Source of the DNA: Uloborus diversus
Taxonomy: Eukaryota
NCBI RefSeq assembly: GCF_026930045.1
Contig: NC_072731.1
Coordinates: 137,882,156-137,946,155, forward strand
Direction of reading: 5' to 3'
DNA: 64,000 nt
The stretch's first letter is position 1. Every line of letters begins with the position of its first letter. Below the pieces are notes generated by a model. The model worked only from the letters and a program-made list of their open reading frames with translations, did not search any database and was not told where the DNA came from. The translations under genes and the position numbers were made by a program. Of the stretch, positions 37,864 to 50,900 are shown in pieces.

Positions 37864-40800
37864 CAATTGAATGATTTTTTTCTACCTTTGTTTAAACCCT
37901 TGATTTATTTGTTGAATGCTTTTGCTCCAGACGAAAGCTCTTTGAGCTCCTCCAAGTAAGCATTTGTTCGAATTTTCTCAGAATTTTATAACGTTCATTC
38001 TTTTGCTGAGCATGGCGATGCTTCTATCAGAAAAAGAAATTTTTACTTCACTATAATTGAGCAGTTTATTGCAAATATATCTTAAAAACAAGGGGAAATC
38101 ATTATGTAAAAGCCCAAAAATCGCTGTGCACCAAGTGTTATAAACGGGAGTCACTGTATATGAAAAAAAAAAATAATAATAAAAATAAAAATAACAAAAT
38201 ATAAAGACTCTGGTCTGGTGTTAATGTAGTGTTATACCTGCTCCAAAAAGAAGATGTCGACTTTAAGTTTTAAAGCAAACGTAACTTTTGCTTTGCATGC
38301 ACGGCAAAAAAGCAACTGCTAATTGCCTGGAAAGCGACTTATTTAATTTTATGAAACACCTTCTGGACAGAAAAAACACGAAAATGACTATTTCGTCAAA
38401 CCACGGCCGGCATTATCTTCTCACGTCGTATTTCATGAGAACAAATGCAAATAAACGCTGATAGTTGGGAATTTAACAAAGTACTTATCTGTTGTTATCT
38501 GTTTTCAAGTGTTTTTACACTGCCCCTCTCTTTGTCCGCCGAAGGATTTCCGCAGAGATGGCATTCTCCGATCATAAACACTTTCAAGTGTTGGAACGAT
38601 TTTCGAACAATAGAGGCTGCTTGAAGTAATTCCTTTATTCTCAGAGGCTCTATTCGAATTCATCCATAGGCATCGAATGCTATGAATACTTATTTTGTCT
38701 CTGTTGATGTTAGATAAATTTTTTCTACATAAATAATTTTAAATTAGGTGTTTTTAGTCTCATCTGGAAACAGTAATTGCAAATGGAAAATATGAAAGAG
38801 TATGGAAGAAAAGTTGGAAAGGAATGCAATACAAATAGGTAATTTTCGTTATAAGTCATTGTTGGATTCAAAAGTTATAAACTTGTAGGAATGAGTTTAA
38901 AAATTCAAAGAGTTGTTAGTGTTCTTCTTCTTCTTTTTTTTTTTTAAATCATTACCTTCCTTCCAGAAACGAATCCTAAGCAACGAATTTTAGAGTTAAC
39001 ACGAATTCTTCGCCCACAGCACGAAAATTTTCTGCAGAATAATTTCGGCAGAGAGCAGAACACACACACACACACAACTCATAACTCTCTCTTTCTTCTT
39101 CTTCCTTTTCTTCTGACAAGTTGGTTCGTGTATTGATGAGCATGCGCTGTCAAGAGAACCCTGATAACAATTTGATCGCGCAGTATAAATCATGATCATC
39201 ATCTTCATATTTTACGTTATAAATATAATTACTGTGTCTAATACGCTAAAATCATCCTTTTTAAAATGACTGTAAGGTTATCACTTCGTCTTATAAAAAA
39301 AAAAAAAATAGACAACGTTTAAGAATATTATTTTGAAAGTTTATCAACTTTTGTTTAATAGACTTTTCTCTCTTATTATGGAGCAAAATTATCGCATAAT
39401 TTGTTGGAAGAGTGTTTCGAAAAAGAAAAAAAAATAATAATAGAAAGTACAGGTTGCTGTTGTGAAACGATATTTTTTTCGAACTAATACTGCGATTTAT
39501 TTTTTTGTTTATTTATATATTTATTTTTTATTTATTTATTTTTTTTTCTATGGAAAATCTTTTATAACACGCTTTACGAAACCAGTTCAGTGACTATTGG
39601 TGACCAAAATCGCAAATGTGTATCGATTATCGATTTAAAGCCAATCGATATTTTTTAACGAACAACCATGGAAGAATACGGAATGAAGAACCACTTGTTT
39701 GTGATAAGATCTTCAGATATTCAAAGATTATGTAATTTGTTATCATAAATGAGACATTATTCATTGGCATTTTTTTCCTTTCATTTTCGATTGGATTCAA
39801 CATTACTTTGTTTTCTAACATGCAGACCCGGATCTATAAATTTTGGGTTTGGGCCCCCCTGGAACAACATCTGTTGGGCCCCTCCTCAGAGGTCAGCAGT
39901 GTACATCTGCAACGTTAAAAAGTCTTAGTGCTAGTTTTTGTTTCAATTTCTTGGACCGTTGGGCCCCTTAAGGACTTCTCATCACGTTATTTTACCACTA
40001 AAGTAACCAAGTAATACATGTAGATTCATAAGGAGAATGCAAATGAAGTAATTAACCCAGCCATCACCTTAGGATTAGCAATATATTTCAACAAATCTTA
40101 AAATAAAAAACCATTTTACCCTCAGTTGTTGATGAAAAGGGTACATTTTGTGACAATAGTATTCATTGGAACTAATAAACTGGGAAAAAAGGTGGGCGTC
40201 ATTTCCAAAAAGTGGTGGGTGATGGGGGAAAGCGGTGGTTATATTAGGATTCAGGAGTTCATTTTACATAAGTACCAGCAGAAAAAGTGTCAGAAGCATT
40301 TTTTATTCCTCTCAGCGCAATTAATTTGTTTATAATGAAAAATTTAAACTTTTAACTTTATAAAATCCTTGTTTTTGAGTACTATGTAGGGGAGACTTAA
40401 ATATGGTCTAAGGGCAAAAGTTTTTTTTTTTTTTTTTTTTTAGCAATACTGTTCAACTTCATTGTTTACATCAGTCAGTTTTTTTTTTTTTTTATTTCCT
40501 TAAATTTAAAAAGGATATATTGAAAAAAAAAATTTTTGTGTAAAATAATAAAATTTAGCCCTTTTGCAGCACACCTAAATATTTTTTTGATTTGAATTAA
40601 AAAAATTTTGTGGAATATGTGGGTCCAAAAGGACGACTTTTTTCAACTTGAAATTTTGAATTTAAAAAAAAAAAAGTTTTTTCGATACTCCCTACTGTTG
40701 TACATAGATATGGTCCGATTTAATAGAGCATATTTTGAATTTTACTGTCGGAAAGAAGTGGTATATTACTGATTGACACTGGTCATTTTTTGAATGTAAA

Positions 40801-41417
40801 TGGTCAATAACTAACAAATCTCCTTTTATAAACTATTATTGAAAATAATTTGAATTATAGTAGTAAATAAAACGGAATAACGATTAATGATTATTATTCC
40901 TAATATATTTATTTTCAACATTTTCAATTTTTTTCCCCTGTGATTTTATTAGGAAAACTGAATAAAACTTGTAAAAGCTTTCACTAAATGGAAAATTACC
41001 GACAGTCCACCTTACAATACATTTGAAGCGTAAAATTATTTAAAAAAATTTCACAATTCCAATCTTGTAGATCACATCTATCTTGATTAAAGTACCGCGT
41101 CAGGTGTAAAAATCAATATTCGCTAGATCGTGCAATTTTGGAAAATGAATTTTCCATTAATGAGGAAAAGAACTTCGTGATGATGAGGAATAAATGATTC
41201 GTGGTTTTAAAGTGGAAGGTTAATTATAAAGTCCTCAAAGTAGGAGATTTGGGGAAAATAAAATTCACTTTCGAAGAAAAGTATTGTCATACAATTTCGT
41301 TTTAGAAAAGAATTATTTAAAGAGTCTAAAGCTCTTTATTACAGAAACTAGAGCCCTAGGCAGCATCAGGGGACGGATTTTAGAGCTTCAGTGGAGTGTA
41401 GGATGCACCTGAAGCAG

Positions 41418-41592
41418 GGGTGTCCACCTAGGGGAATTATGGCGCAGACTGCGCCATTGACATTTTTAGGGTGTGGGGTGTTTTGAGGGGCATTTTTCTC
41501 ATTTGGAAGGCTCTTTCTTTGGGGGGGGGGGGGGGGGTCTTCAAGATATTTAGGGGGTGCCCTTGCTCTTGGGGGGGGGGGGGCGCACCCCT
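41418..41592 (+). mobile_element. R8 MITE-like element with 'caggggtg' inverted ends and a G19 run inside
   Basis: 'gaagcaggggtgtccacctaggggaattatggcgcagactgcgccattgac' lies at the left. 'ggcgcacccctgcctg' lies at the right. The artefact ORF 41366-42034 (222 aa, Pro/Gly-rich) comes from the G runs. Confidence 0.5.
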
Positions 41593-41879
41593 GCCTGAAA
41601 ACTGAAATTATAATAAGCAATGTAGAGTCGGAAATGTTTTTTCTGACGCGGTAGATGATGTGAAACGAATATTGTAGAACAGGGACGGACAATATGTCTA
41701 TCATTAGAATCAACTTTACATGTTGGTAAATATGATGCAATCTTTTGTCGAAATTTGCATTTGATAGGATAGGTGGTTCGTACGAGGTGGCAAGGGGGAA
41801 AACGGCCCCCTTAATTTTAAGATTGAAGTGGCTTTGCCTCTTCACTCTTCCGAGTTTAAAATCAAATAATAGATAAAAT

Positions 41880-42080
41880 AGATCTGTACACGTGTTTAAA
41901 GTAAGACAAATTGGCTTCATAAATAGTGTTTTATATTTGAGGTAGTAGAAGCAAAGCGATGCAAGTGACAGAATTAAAAATTTGGAGATAATCAGTACAA
42001 GTGTTAGATGAACCCTTCCTCTGTCTTGGGGCAAGAGGCAGTACTAGTAGCCCTGGTAGATGCTGCTGTTATGCGTGATT
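41880..42080 (-). repeat. Dispersed repeat R6, copy 2 (inverted relative to 6370-6600)
   Basis: See the evidence for 6370-6600. Confidence 0.65.
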
Positions 42081-44757
42081 TAGGAAAAAAAATCAATGAA
42101 AGCCTACCTAGGACGTAATCTTTATAGAGTAAGTGCTCCAGTAGTCGGACACAAGGACATAAAACTGCTTAGAAATAGAATATGAATAACTCAAAATCGG
42201 ATATGATGCATTCCCACATTTCTTTATCTGTCCACAATTACCATCCAATAACAGTGAAGTTGTAAATACGTTTTATTAAGTAGTAATGATCATTTTATTT
42301 TAAAAGGTGTGCCTATCACCCTAGTTTGCGATTCTGCTTATTTTTTTTCTTAAGAAGACACATCATCTTTAAACGTAAAGTACATTTCTTTTTTCCGTTC
42401 TAATGTAAATTTGCTTTTACTTATGTTTTAATGGATTTTATAACACTACGTTTCAATTAAAAAATAAACTTCTTCTTCAACTCAATTATTTTTAGAGGAG
42501 TGGCCGACCACTGGTTACTGAATTATTATGCATTTCCAATAGTCGGTCATGGCACATTGACCACTGGTTCTGTACTGTTTGGTTGATCTACCCAGTAGTC
42601 GACTGCGTACGTAATATGGATTTTCTAATATTCGTCAAATAATAATTAAAATAAAGTATTGACAGTGGCAATTTAGCTGTTTTGAGTAAAAATTCCCTTT
42701 CTAACGTGTTTTCTTCAAACGAAAATGTTTAGATATTGTGCCTTAACTTTTTTTGACAAAAAGAGTCGTTTCATCATTTTACTGCTTCTAATGTTTCAAA
42801 CACATTCTATCAGAACGCAGAAAAAAAATCACTTTATTTTGGTTTAAAAATTTTAAAATTTTTAACTATGTTTTCACTGCAAAAATCGCGAAAAACCTTT
42901 TAGACGTTTTTAATTAATATCTTCGTTAATTAATGTCATAAAAAGATGCAACCTAGCTAAGAAAACTCTCCATCAACTCTCCTTTCAAACATTTTTTTTT
43001 TTTTTCAAAATCGGTCCCTCCAAGACGATGGACGAAACTTCGAACACCATTCTTATGATTTCGTTCTCTTCCTTTTTGTTCGTGTAAATTTATCACTAAC
43101 ATGAATAATCACTTGTTTGGCTTTTTTTTTTTTCTTTTCTTTCTTTTTTTCTTTTTTTTTTCTTTTTTTTAATTTTCTTTTTGACGTTGTTTGGTACACT
43201 ACAGCGATAAGTAGTTGAAAAGGAATCCGTAACGCAAACTGAGCAAATTCTGGTTGTATTCCTTTGGATTTGTTCTTAATCATGTTCTTACCCCTGAAGT
43301 CAGAATTTTATATTTCCAAATTTGGTAGGTATGAATTTGCCGAACTTGACCAAAACCAAGCATCATGTTTTTGGCCTTTTGCAGTAAGAATTTATATCTC
43401 AGAATGGCCCTCACGCAAAAAAAGATCTACAAGCAAAAATCTCAACCATTCCGAAGGAGTGCAAGTTCACCACTTAAGATGATGAAACTATGAAGCATAC
43501 AGACCAGTTTCAGCATCAGAAAAAATTTTACTCCGAAGACTATATAAGGTCACTGAAGCTTGAAACGATTTTTCTGAAAATTCTGTTCTTTTTTTTTTTT
43601 TTTCAATCGATTACAGATTTAGCTTTAATTAGATACTTCCGTACTAGTTATTCAATTTCAGTTAGCAAGTTTACGCAAATTTACTTTATTTTGAATTTTA
43701 AACGTTTCAGAAAGAAAAAAAAAATCATACAAATTTCCTGCGCCTATTCAAAGTACACTAACAAGTGGTTTATTTACAGCGCAGACACTTTTTTTTTAAA
43801 ATGAATTTACCTTTTAAACGATAGCTTTTGTATTCGAGTTGTTATTTCTGTATAGTTGTTACAACTATACTATACTTAAACTCTTAAACGGCGCAACACC
43901 TCTTTTCCTCTTTCTTTCTTTGATAATAAATTTTAAAAAAAAAACAGCATACATAGACATTCCACACAAGTCTGGCTTGCTTCGTCTCTTATGTGCAATT
44001 TAGGTACCCACGCAGTGACTACTTTTGTTTCGAAGGCTACCAACAGGAAAAACGAGCTTCATTTTCAAAAAGTTTTTTTTTTTATCAAACATTTTCTTAA
44101 AATAAATAATTTAAATTATTAAATAAAATTAGAAAATAAAATGTGAGCAGACGTGGGATTTTTCAAATCAAAATTTTTACTTTTATAAATCTATTTCTCA
44201 AATTTAAGTTACTGGTAAATATTACGTACTTCAGTTGTTACTATTCGAAAGAACTATTTCGCAGTAATTTCATGATCTTCACTGTCGCAGCAACACATTT
44301 ATTTACAAACATAATGCAGCCAGATCATCGTAAGATTACAGATATCATGAATTTAATTCATTCGCTTTAACTTTCTTTTAATATATAAATAGATATTTTC
44401 AAGGATTTGTTATTGATTGTTATTAAATGGAATATTTTTAAGCTCTTGCAGGTTTAGGCTTACTTATCTATGAAATAACAAGGAAAGAAGAAAACATGTT
44501 TAACAGAATAACTATTAGGATGTATATTACAAAATAGCTCGTAAGCTAGAAGAAATAAACAAACACATTAAAAAAAAAAAAACAATCAATGAAGCAAAGA
44601 TACAACATTTGTTCGTCCCCCATTTGCCCCCGTGTGCTCATTGTTTAATAGTTGAGCCTGAAGCAATTAAAAGTTACTAAAAAAGTGTTGTGAAATAAGA
44701 AAGTAGTGGCATATGTTTTGTTATGCAAGCTACAAATGAGATCAGAAAGGAACCAAT

Positions 44758-44990
44758 ACCGTAAAATGGCCCAACTATGGGCCACTTTTCGATGTTTTTA
44801 TTGAAAATTCTGTGTACATCTTTGATTTACAAATTTGAGGATTTAGCAATGGTAGCTATACATCTCGTTTTTCGAATGAAATACTTAAAAAAAAAAATCT
44901 AAGTTGGAAAGAAGAGGAAGGAGAATTTTTCCCCCGTGGCCCATAGTTGTATCCCTACGGGTATAACTATGGGTCATCTTATTTTAACCT
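44758..44990. mobile_element. MITE (family R7) with 'accgtaaaatggcccaactatgggccac' TIRs; a second, partial inverted copy lies at 45955-46012
   Basis: The left end is 'accgtaaaatggcccaactatgggccac'. The right end reads 'gtggcccatagttgtatccctacgggtataactatgggtcatcttattttaacc'. The reverse complement of 45958-46010, 'accgtaaaacggtacaactttgcgccaagggggcaacaatgggccactg', repeats the left end. Confidence 0.6.
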
Positions 44991-46089
44991 AGAAAATACA
45001 TTGAAAACTTGATCTGGTCTATTGTTGTCTGAGTCTACACGTTGTCCTCTGCTTGAAACTGTTAAAAGAGTTTTTTTAGTCCATCATTTACCTTTTTTTT
45101 TTTCAATTTTTTAAAACTTAATCATCACTTGTCGTCTCGAATGATTAATAAAGTTCAACATGGTAAACGTAGGTAACGTTCTTTATTATTTGCCTAGGTT
45201 TTGATATAGGAACATTTGAAAACTAGAAAAATCTCACCAACTAAAGGCTTGGTACCTATACTTAGGTCTCAGAAAATACGTAGGTCTGACAAATTTTAAG
45301 CGAAATAAAAAAATAATAAAAACGAAAACTAAAATGCGAAATCTCACATTTCTTTTATTCCAAATCTCATTAAAAAAAAATATTTTTTTAAAAATTATCT
45401 CAGTTTGTATTTGGTCCGGATTTCAGTCAGCACCTTCTTCAAAAACTCCTATGAGTACAGGCGATAGGGCGACCCCCAAATTTTCTTCTATCTTTTCTTG
45501 CCATTATTTACAATAAATAACACAAAATATCGCGAAAGCATTCCTACAGAGAATAAAATAAAGCCCCAAGCCACTAAAAACCGTGAAAAATAGGTGGACT
45601 ATTGTTGTACCCCAACGTTCCCATTTTCGATAAATGTTGAGAGCTTGTGAAAACTAGGAAGCATTTTAAGTCAACAAGCGGCTTAATTCATAACTGACAA
45701 ATTAGTAAAGCACATCCGAACTTACCAGACCTTGGAAAACAGTATAAGTGGTCTGCTCAAAAGGAGACTTATGTCTCTTCCACGAATGAGTCGAATCACG
45801 CACTAAGAACGACTAAGTTATCTAAGGTTACAAAAACAATGGCAATCTCTGATAAAGCGTCTTTAACTACCTAAATTGTTACACTACCTGGTGTGTTTTT
45901 TTTTTTTTTTTGAACACGTAAGTTCGAAAATGATGCCACTAGAGAGCAAAATTATCGGGATAGTAACAGTGGCCCATTGTTGCCCCCTTGGCGCAAAGTT
46001 GTACCGTTTTACGGTAATGAATGATGATGGTTAAAACTTGCTGCAGTTGGTTGTTTCAACAAGCTGAAAAACTAAGTATATTAGGAATG

Positions 46090-46538
46090 CTTGAAATACA
46101 CCGCCAGCTCAGTCATTTCCAGCCGAGGACTGCAGTTTCGTGCTTATTAGCACTCATCAGCCCGACATAGGAAAGTGACTGAGCTGGAGATGGAAAACCT
46201 CTTAAGGAAGCCAAGAGTGCCAAACAAACTGGTAGCTGAACTAGATAGAATTAGCACGGACCCAGACGAGTGACCGAAACAATGGTTCGGTTCAACTCGA
46301 AGATTGATGGCAAGGTATGGTATATTTAATAAATTACCGCCCATTAGCATTGTTTCGGTCACTCGTCTGGGTCTGTGCTAATTCTAGTTCAGCTACCAGT
46401 TTGTTTGGCACTCTTGGCTTCCTTAAGAAGTTTTCCATCTCCAGCTCAGTCACTTTCCTATGCCGGGCTGATGAGTGCTAATAAGCACGAAATTGCAGTC
46501 CTCGGCTGGAAATGACTGAGCTGGCGGTGTATTTCAAG
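46090..46538. repeat. Near-perfect long inverted repeat (hairpin): arms 46090-46284 and 46348-46538 (~195 bp, ~97% identical), loop 63 bp; flanked by a 13-bp direct repeat 'tatattaggaatg' (46077-46089 and 46583-46595)
   Basis: The reverse complement of the right arm differs from the left arm only by a 4-bp indel ('atag') and about 5 substitutions. The loop end 'aataaattaccgcccattagc' is repeated in reverse as 'gctaatgggcggtaatttatt' at 46558-46578. Confidence 0.9.
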
Positions 46539-47699
46539 TATTTCTGCTTTAGCCCTGGCTAATGGGCGGTAATTTATTGAATATATTAGGAATGATCTTA
46601 TTTTAAGAGATAACTCTTTCATTCAAAAACTGTTATTCTCCTTTAAATAATTGAGCATTTAAAACAATTGTATGTCATTATATTATTGAAGAAGTACGTA
46701 AAAAGAAGACATAAATTACGCAACAGGAAGTCATAGGATTACGTAGTAGGAATTCGTAATTTACGAATTCCTAATCAAAAAAAAAAAAAGAAAGATTCTG
46801 CAAAAGGGCCGTTCCACGAAAAAGTAAACCCTTTGTCCCGCAAGTGTCGGTTGATATATTTCATTAAAAAGTAATAATTTTGAAAGGTAATGACGAAATA
46901 TTTTTATATTAAGATATCACAGATAAGTTCGCAATTTGTTAAGCAGAAAAAAATGTGTTCATTATTATTTTAAAGTATTATTTTTAATGAAATATATGAG
47001 GCGTCACGTGCGGGAGAAAATGGCCGTTTGCCGGAGAATAGCTCGAAAGAGGTTCAATTTAACTTTTAGCAAACTTCTTTGGACGAATTTAAGAATGTGG
47101 CTAAACCGTGGCGCCCTTGTTTTCCACCAACAGATGCGAGTTATTTCTGCAGCGGAGATAACAACTAGGGGCATGGTTTGCTCGCCATATACTTGAAAAC
47201 TTTTCCTGAGGCTTTATTTTTGAAACCATATGCAGAGGTAGAGAATTTCTGTGACGTCAGTGCAAAGCTCAGATCGATGGAATTTTCCCGTTCTACATTT
47301 TTATATCAATACCTTAACTTAAACTATAAATTTGACATCCGAAAATGGGGGTATATTAGGATGCAAAATTTGTAGTTTAATAACCTATCTGTCATCTATT
47401 ATTTACAAGAAACCATAAACCAGATTTCATAAATTTAAAATTAATGACAAAAACTAATTTCAAACTGCTAAGAATCAGTTGCAAAAATACTAATAAAAAG
47501 TGATTTATACAGGTGCTCAAACTTTTTTTGCGATAAAGCAATGGCAAAGAAATAAATTATTGATAGCTATTATAGCAGCAAAGAGTATATTGGCAGAATT
47601 ATAAGTATTATATATCATTTGAAAGTTCGAACGATTTTAGTTCTGTACCAAGTAGTTTTAAGTTATAAATTGTTTTATTAAAAAAAGCCATACGTCTAT

Positions 47700-48700
47700 C
47701 TCCTTCTCGGACTTTTTTCTCGGACGTAAGATTTTTCAAACCCTTCTCCTCTATTCTTACGTAAGATTCCATTTCGTTTTTCTATAGTGCCTAGAAAGAG
47801 TAGTGTGCCGATCGACGGGGGAAAGTGAGGTCAGATCTGAGGAAAATCCAGATCGCGCTGCGCTCGAGGAGTACGTTATATGTTCCTCAATCAGACAGAC
47901 TCGTTTTAAATCTGCGATTGCATGCTGATTTCGCAGTAAAAGCCCCGTTTTTCGGATTGAACTTATTTCTGCGCAAAGGACAAATTCTGTATTAAGTGCT
48001 ATTTATTACATGGGTGTTCATTTATTTTTTGAAGAATATAAAATTACCTTATGCTAATTTATCTTCAATGAAAATAGTAGAATATAAGGGGCCATTCATT
48101 AAATACGTAAGGGTCCCGAGGGGGAGGAGGGTTGGAAAAGCCTCTACGTACCTTGGGGGGCGGGGGGTCAAACTCATTTTTACATAATATTTTCCAAGTC
48201 GGTATTTCACATTAGAAATTGCGCGGTCAACAAGTGATTTGGCAGAGATTATGTTCCATTTGCGTCTGGAAGGTAAGAAACGTGTTAGGATAAGATGTTT
48301 TTTTTATATGTTTTACAAAGAATGAATAGTGTAAAATATACTAAAAGAGTCGCATTGTGTATGACATGTTTTATTTTTAATTAATATTACATCAAAAAAA
48401 AAAAAAAAAATGTCGAAAAAAAACAGTTTAGATTCTAACTTTTCAGTAACTATTTCTTTACGCAAAAGGTTTAATTTAATAATGTGAATTTAATAACGAT
48501 TACAGTGATGTAACGACTCCAAGATTTGTTATTTTATCATTTTGAAAAACAAAATGGAATCTTACGTAAGAATAGGAGGGGGGTTGGTGAAAAATCTTAC
48601 GTATCCTTACATGGGGGGAGGGGGATCAAAAATTGCCAAAATCATCCTTACGTAATTAATGAATGGCCCCTAAGTATTCCAATAACTGCGCGTCTCTTAT
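47700..48700 (+). repeat. Left block of a complex inverted-repeat family (R4) with palindromic 'ggggccattcattaa.tacgta.ttaatgaatggcccc' heads and 'cttacgtaag' motifs
   Basis: 48085-48400 aligns with the reverse complement of 52400-52720, roughly 75-80% over about 300 bp. 47778-47900 aligns with the reverse complement of 52160-52308 ('ctatagtgcctagaaagagtagtgtgccga'). 48556-48625 is the reverse complement of 47715-47775. 48640-48680 is the reverse complement of 48085-48125. Confidence 0.8.
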
Positions 48701-49010
48701 TTCTCTACTAATAATAAAGCTGAAAGTCTCTCTGTCTGGATTTCTGTCTGGATCTCTGTGACGCGGACAGCACCTAAACCGTTTGGCCGATTTTCATGAA
48801 ATTTGATAAAGTTGGTGTGTAGCTCGGGGGTGTGCACCTCGAAGCGATTTTTCGAAAATTCGATTTTGTGTTTTTTTTTTTATTTCAATTTTAAGAACAG
48901 TTTCCGGAGCAAAATTACCATAAGAGGGACGAGTTAATTACGAAATTATCATGACGTAGAACCGTAACATGGGAAGAGCGAATGAACATAACCAATTGGC
49001 GAGAAATTCG
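48701..49010 (+). repeat. R3 SINE/MITE-like repeat, copy 2
   Basis: See the evidence for 9320-9658. Confidence 0.75.
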
Positions 49011-49935
49011 GATTTTAAAAGGCTGAAATTAAAAAAAAGAAAAGAAATTTTAAATATAACTTACGTGCTCGTTGATTCCTTTTGTCCGAAAGTCTTATGG
49101 TCGGTCGCTAACAGTTACCAGGCTTAGCGTTGCTGGAGATTTCCAACCTATTCTCCAGACCTATAAACTGTAGAGGTGGTGCTACCATATACCGTGCCCA
49201 AGTCGGGCTCTTTCTCATTTAGGGGCCTCATTGACTCAGGAGTCGCTCCTTTCTACTTTAAACTCATGCTGGCTACATGAATAGGGCTTGAGTCTCCCAA
49301 GTGGCATTAAAAACAACAACAAACTGCGTCCTTAGTCATCTCGACTGATAATACATTTGCCTTAAAATATAAGCATCAGATTTCCAGTCAATTGTGTAAA
49401 ATTTTGTTTTGAAAACATCCTTGTCTTTGTGTCTACTTCAATAATGATCTTTTTATCGTTAATATTATTTTCCACATAATTTACATTATATACAAAAACT
49501 ACAATATTTGGAGATTTTTTAAATTTTATACAAACCCAATATTCGTTAGGCAAATTAATATGAACAATTTCATTTATAATAGACTAGTTGCAAAACCCGG
49601 CATTGCTCGGGTTAAAATACATTGCATGTTTAATGGTACATAAAATATTTAAGAATTCTCTTTTTAACATAGATAATATAGATTTCTATTTTAAATATTG
49701 AGAGACTTAGTCGACCATTAAACATGCAATGTATAGAGAGTATAACAAATTAATTAACTAATTAATTAATTGAAATTGAAATAATTATAAGTTAAAATAC
49801 GAAACATCTTAGTAAATTGAAAAGTTATGTTTTATTTTCATAATTATTTACATTCTATATTGAACATACAACATATAACAAATCTTAATATATATATAAT
49901 GCTAATGTGCGTACGTAAAGACAGGATTTTCTCTA

Positions 49936-50214
49936 TCACCACCAATTTTGACCTTGAACCTTAAAAACCGGACTGAAATTTTCTTCATGGCATATTAATG
50001 AAGCTCCAAATGAAGTCAATTGAAAACAACAGTTGTATCGACATATATTTTGTAGAAAATGATTAGAGTCTGGTGTTTTTCCAGTCATATATTCGACTAA
50101 TTGTGGTGGTAGTGCATCTAATGCCGATAAATTGACTTTACCACTAGAGCAGCACATACCAGCAGTTTCGCCTTTAAATTTCTGAGCATGGCAATACTCA
50201 CATATCGTATTCAT
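49936..50214 (-). mobile_element. Helitron Rep/Hel N-terminal (Helitron_like_N) fragment
   Basis: The ORF translates to 'CEYCHAQKFKGETAGMCCSSGKVNLSALDALPPQL...FLQNICRYNCCFQLTSFGAS'. This carries the CxxCxAxxFxxExxxxCCxxGKVxL zinc-finger-like motif and the IRxYNxxFxFTSxG motif typical of eukaryotic Helitron Rep N-termini. The Arg-rich upstream stretch is decayed and no helicase follows. Confidence 0.6.
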
Positions 50215-50643
50215 TTTTTCGATGACAATGTTTGGATGTTCACTGTACTGTTTTTTGCAATCATAACTGGAAGCCTGGAGTTCTAAACTGCTTAATTGAT
50301 GTGTAGCAGCTCGTCGTTAGCGTAAAGCAGACATTCTTTCGTTTTTTCTTCTATTTTTCAGTTCACGTTGATCGGCAGATTAACGATTTCTTAGTGATCT
50401 CACTCGAGATCGGGTTTCTTCATTAGTATGTGCTCTTTCCTCTTCAGTTACATTTTCTCTATTTTTTTTACTCCTTTGCGAATAGTCGAAAGACGTTGTT
50501 CTCCTGTTTCTGTTTGACGCGCTACTTTTTTCTTTTTGAATCCAGTTTAGGTTTTGAAAATACTTTCATTCGTCTTGGCATTGTAAATATAAACAGTGTA
50601 ATATGATTACTCAAAACTCATATCTGGATTGGTACACGAAGAT

Positions 50644-50900
50644 AAAGCTACCAAAAAGTCACTGACTTTCGGTTTATATACCATCGAATATTGAAATTTC
50701 TAGTACCAGAACAATCTGGAATAACCAAATAGTTTGTTATTTCTCACTTGTCAAAATCACTTGAATTTATATGATCACTGTTCACTCTTGACTCAATTAA
50801 TCTTTGCGCGACTGTAAGCACGATTCAACTGACGAAAAGTTATTGACTTTTGGTTTATATACTATCGAATATCGAAATTTCTAGTACCAGAACAGTCTAG
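50644..50900 (+). repeat. Two direct copies of a ~68-bp motif about 190 bp apart
   Basis: 'aaagt.a.tgactttcggtttatata.catcgaatat.gaaatttctagtaccagaaca.tct.ga' occurs at 50644-50712 and at 50835-50900. Confidence 0.8.

Noticed and set aside
40378-40706. Possible 330-bp MITE with 'actatgtaggggag / ctccctac.tgttgtacatag' ends
   Set aside because: The inverted match is short and gapped, and the flanks are poly-T/A runs. The evidence is too weak to call.
41366-42034. Longest ORF in the track (222 aa, minus strand)
   Set aside because: It is Pro/Gly/Arg-rich because it reads through G19, G13 and G12 homopolymers and the R6/R8 repeats. It has no domain-like sequence, so I treat it as a low-complexity artefact.
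49625-49735. 16-bp hairpin that could be a Helitron 3' end
   Set aside because: It is only ~200 bp from the Rep N-terminal remnant and on the 5' side of the expected orientation. It lacks a CTRR terminus context.
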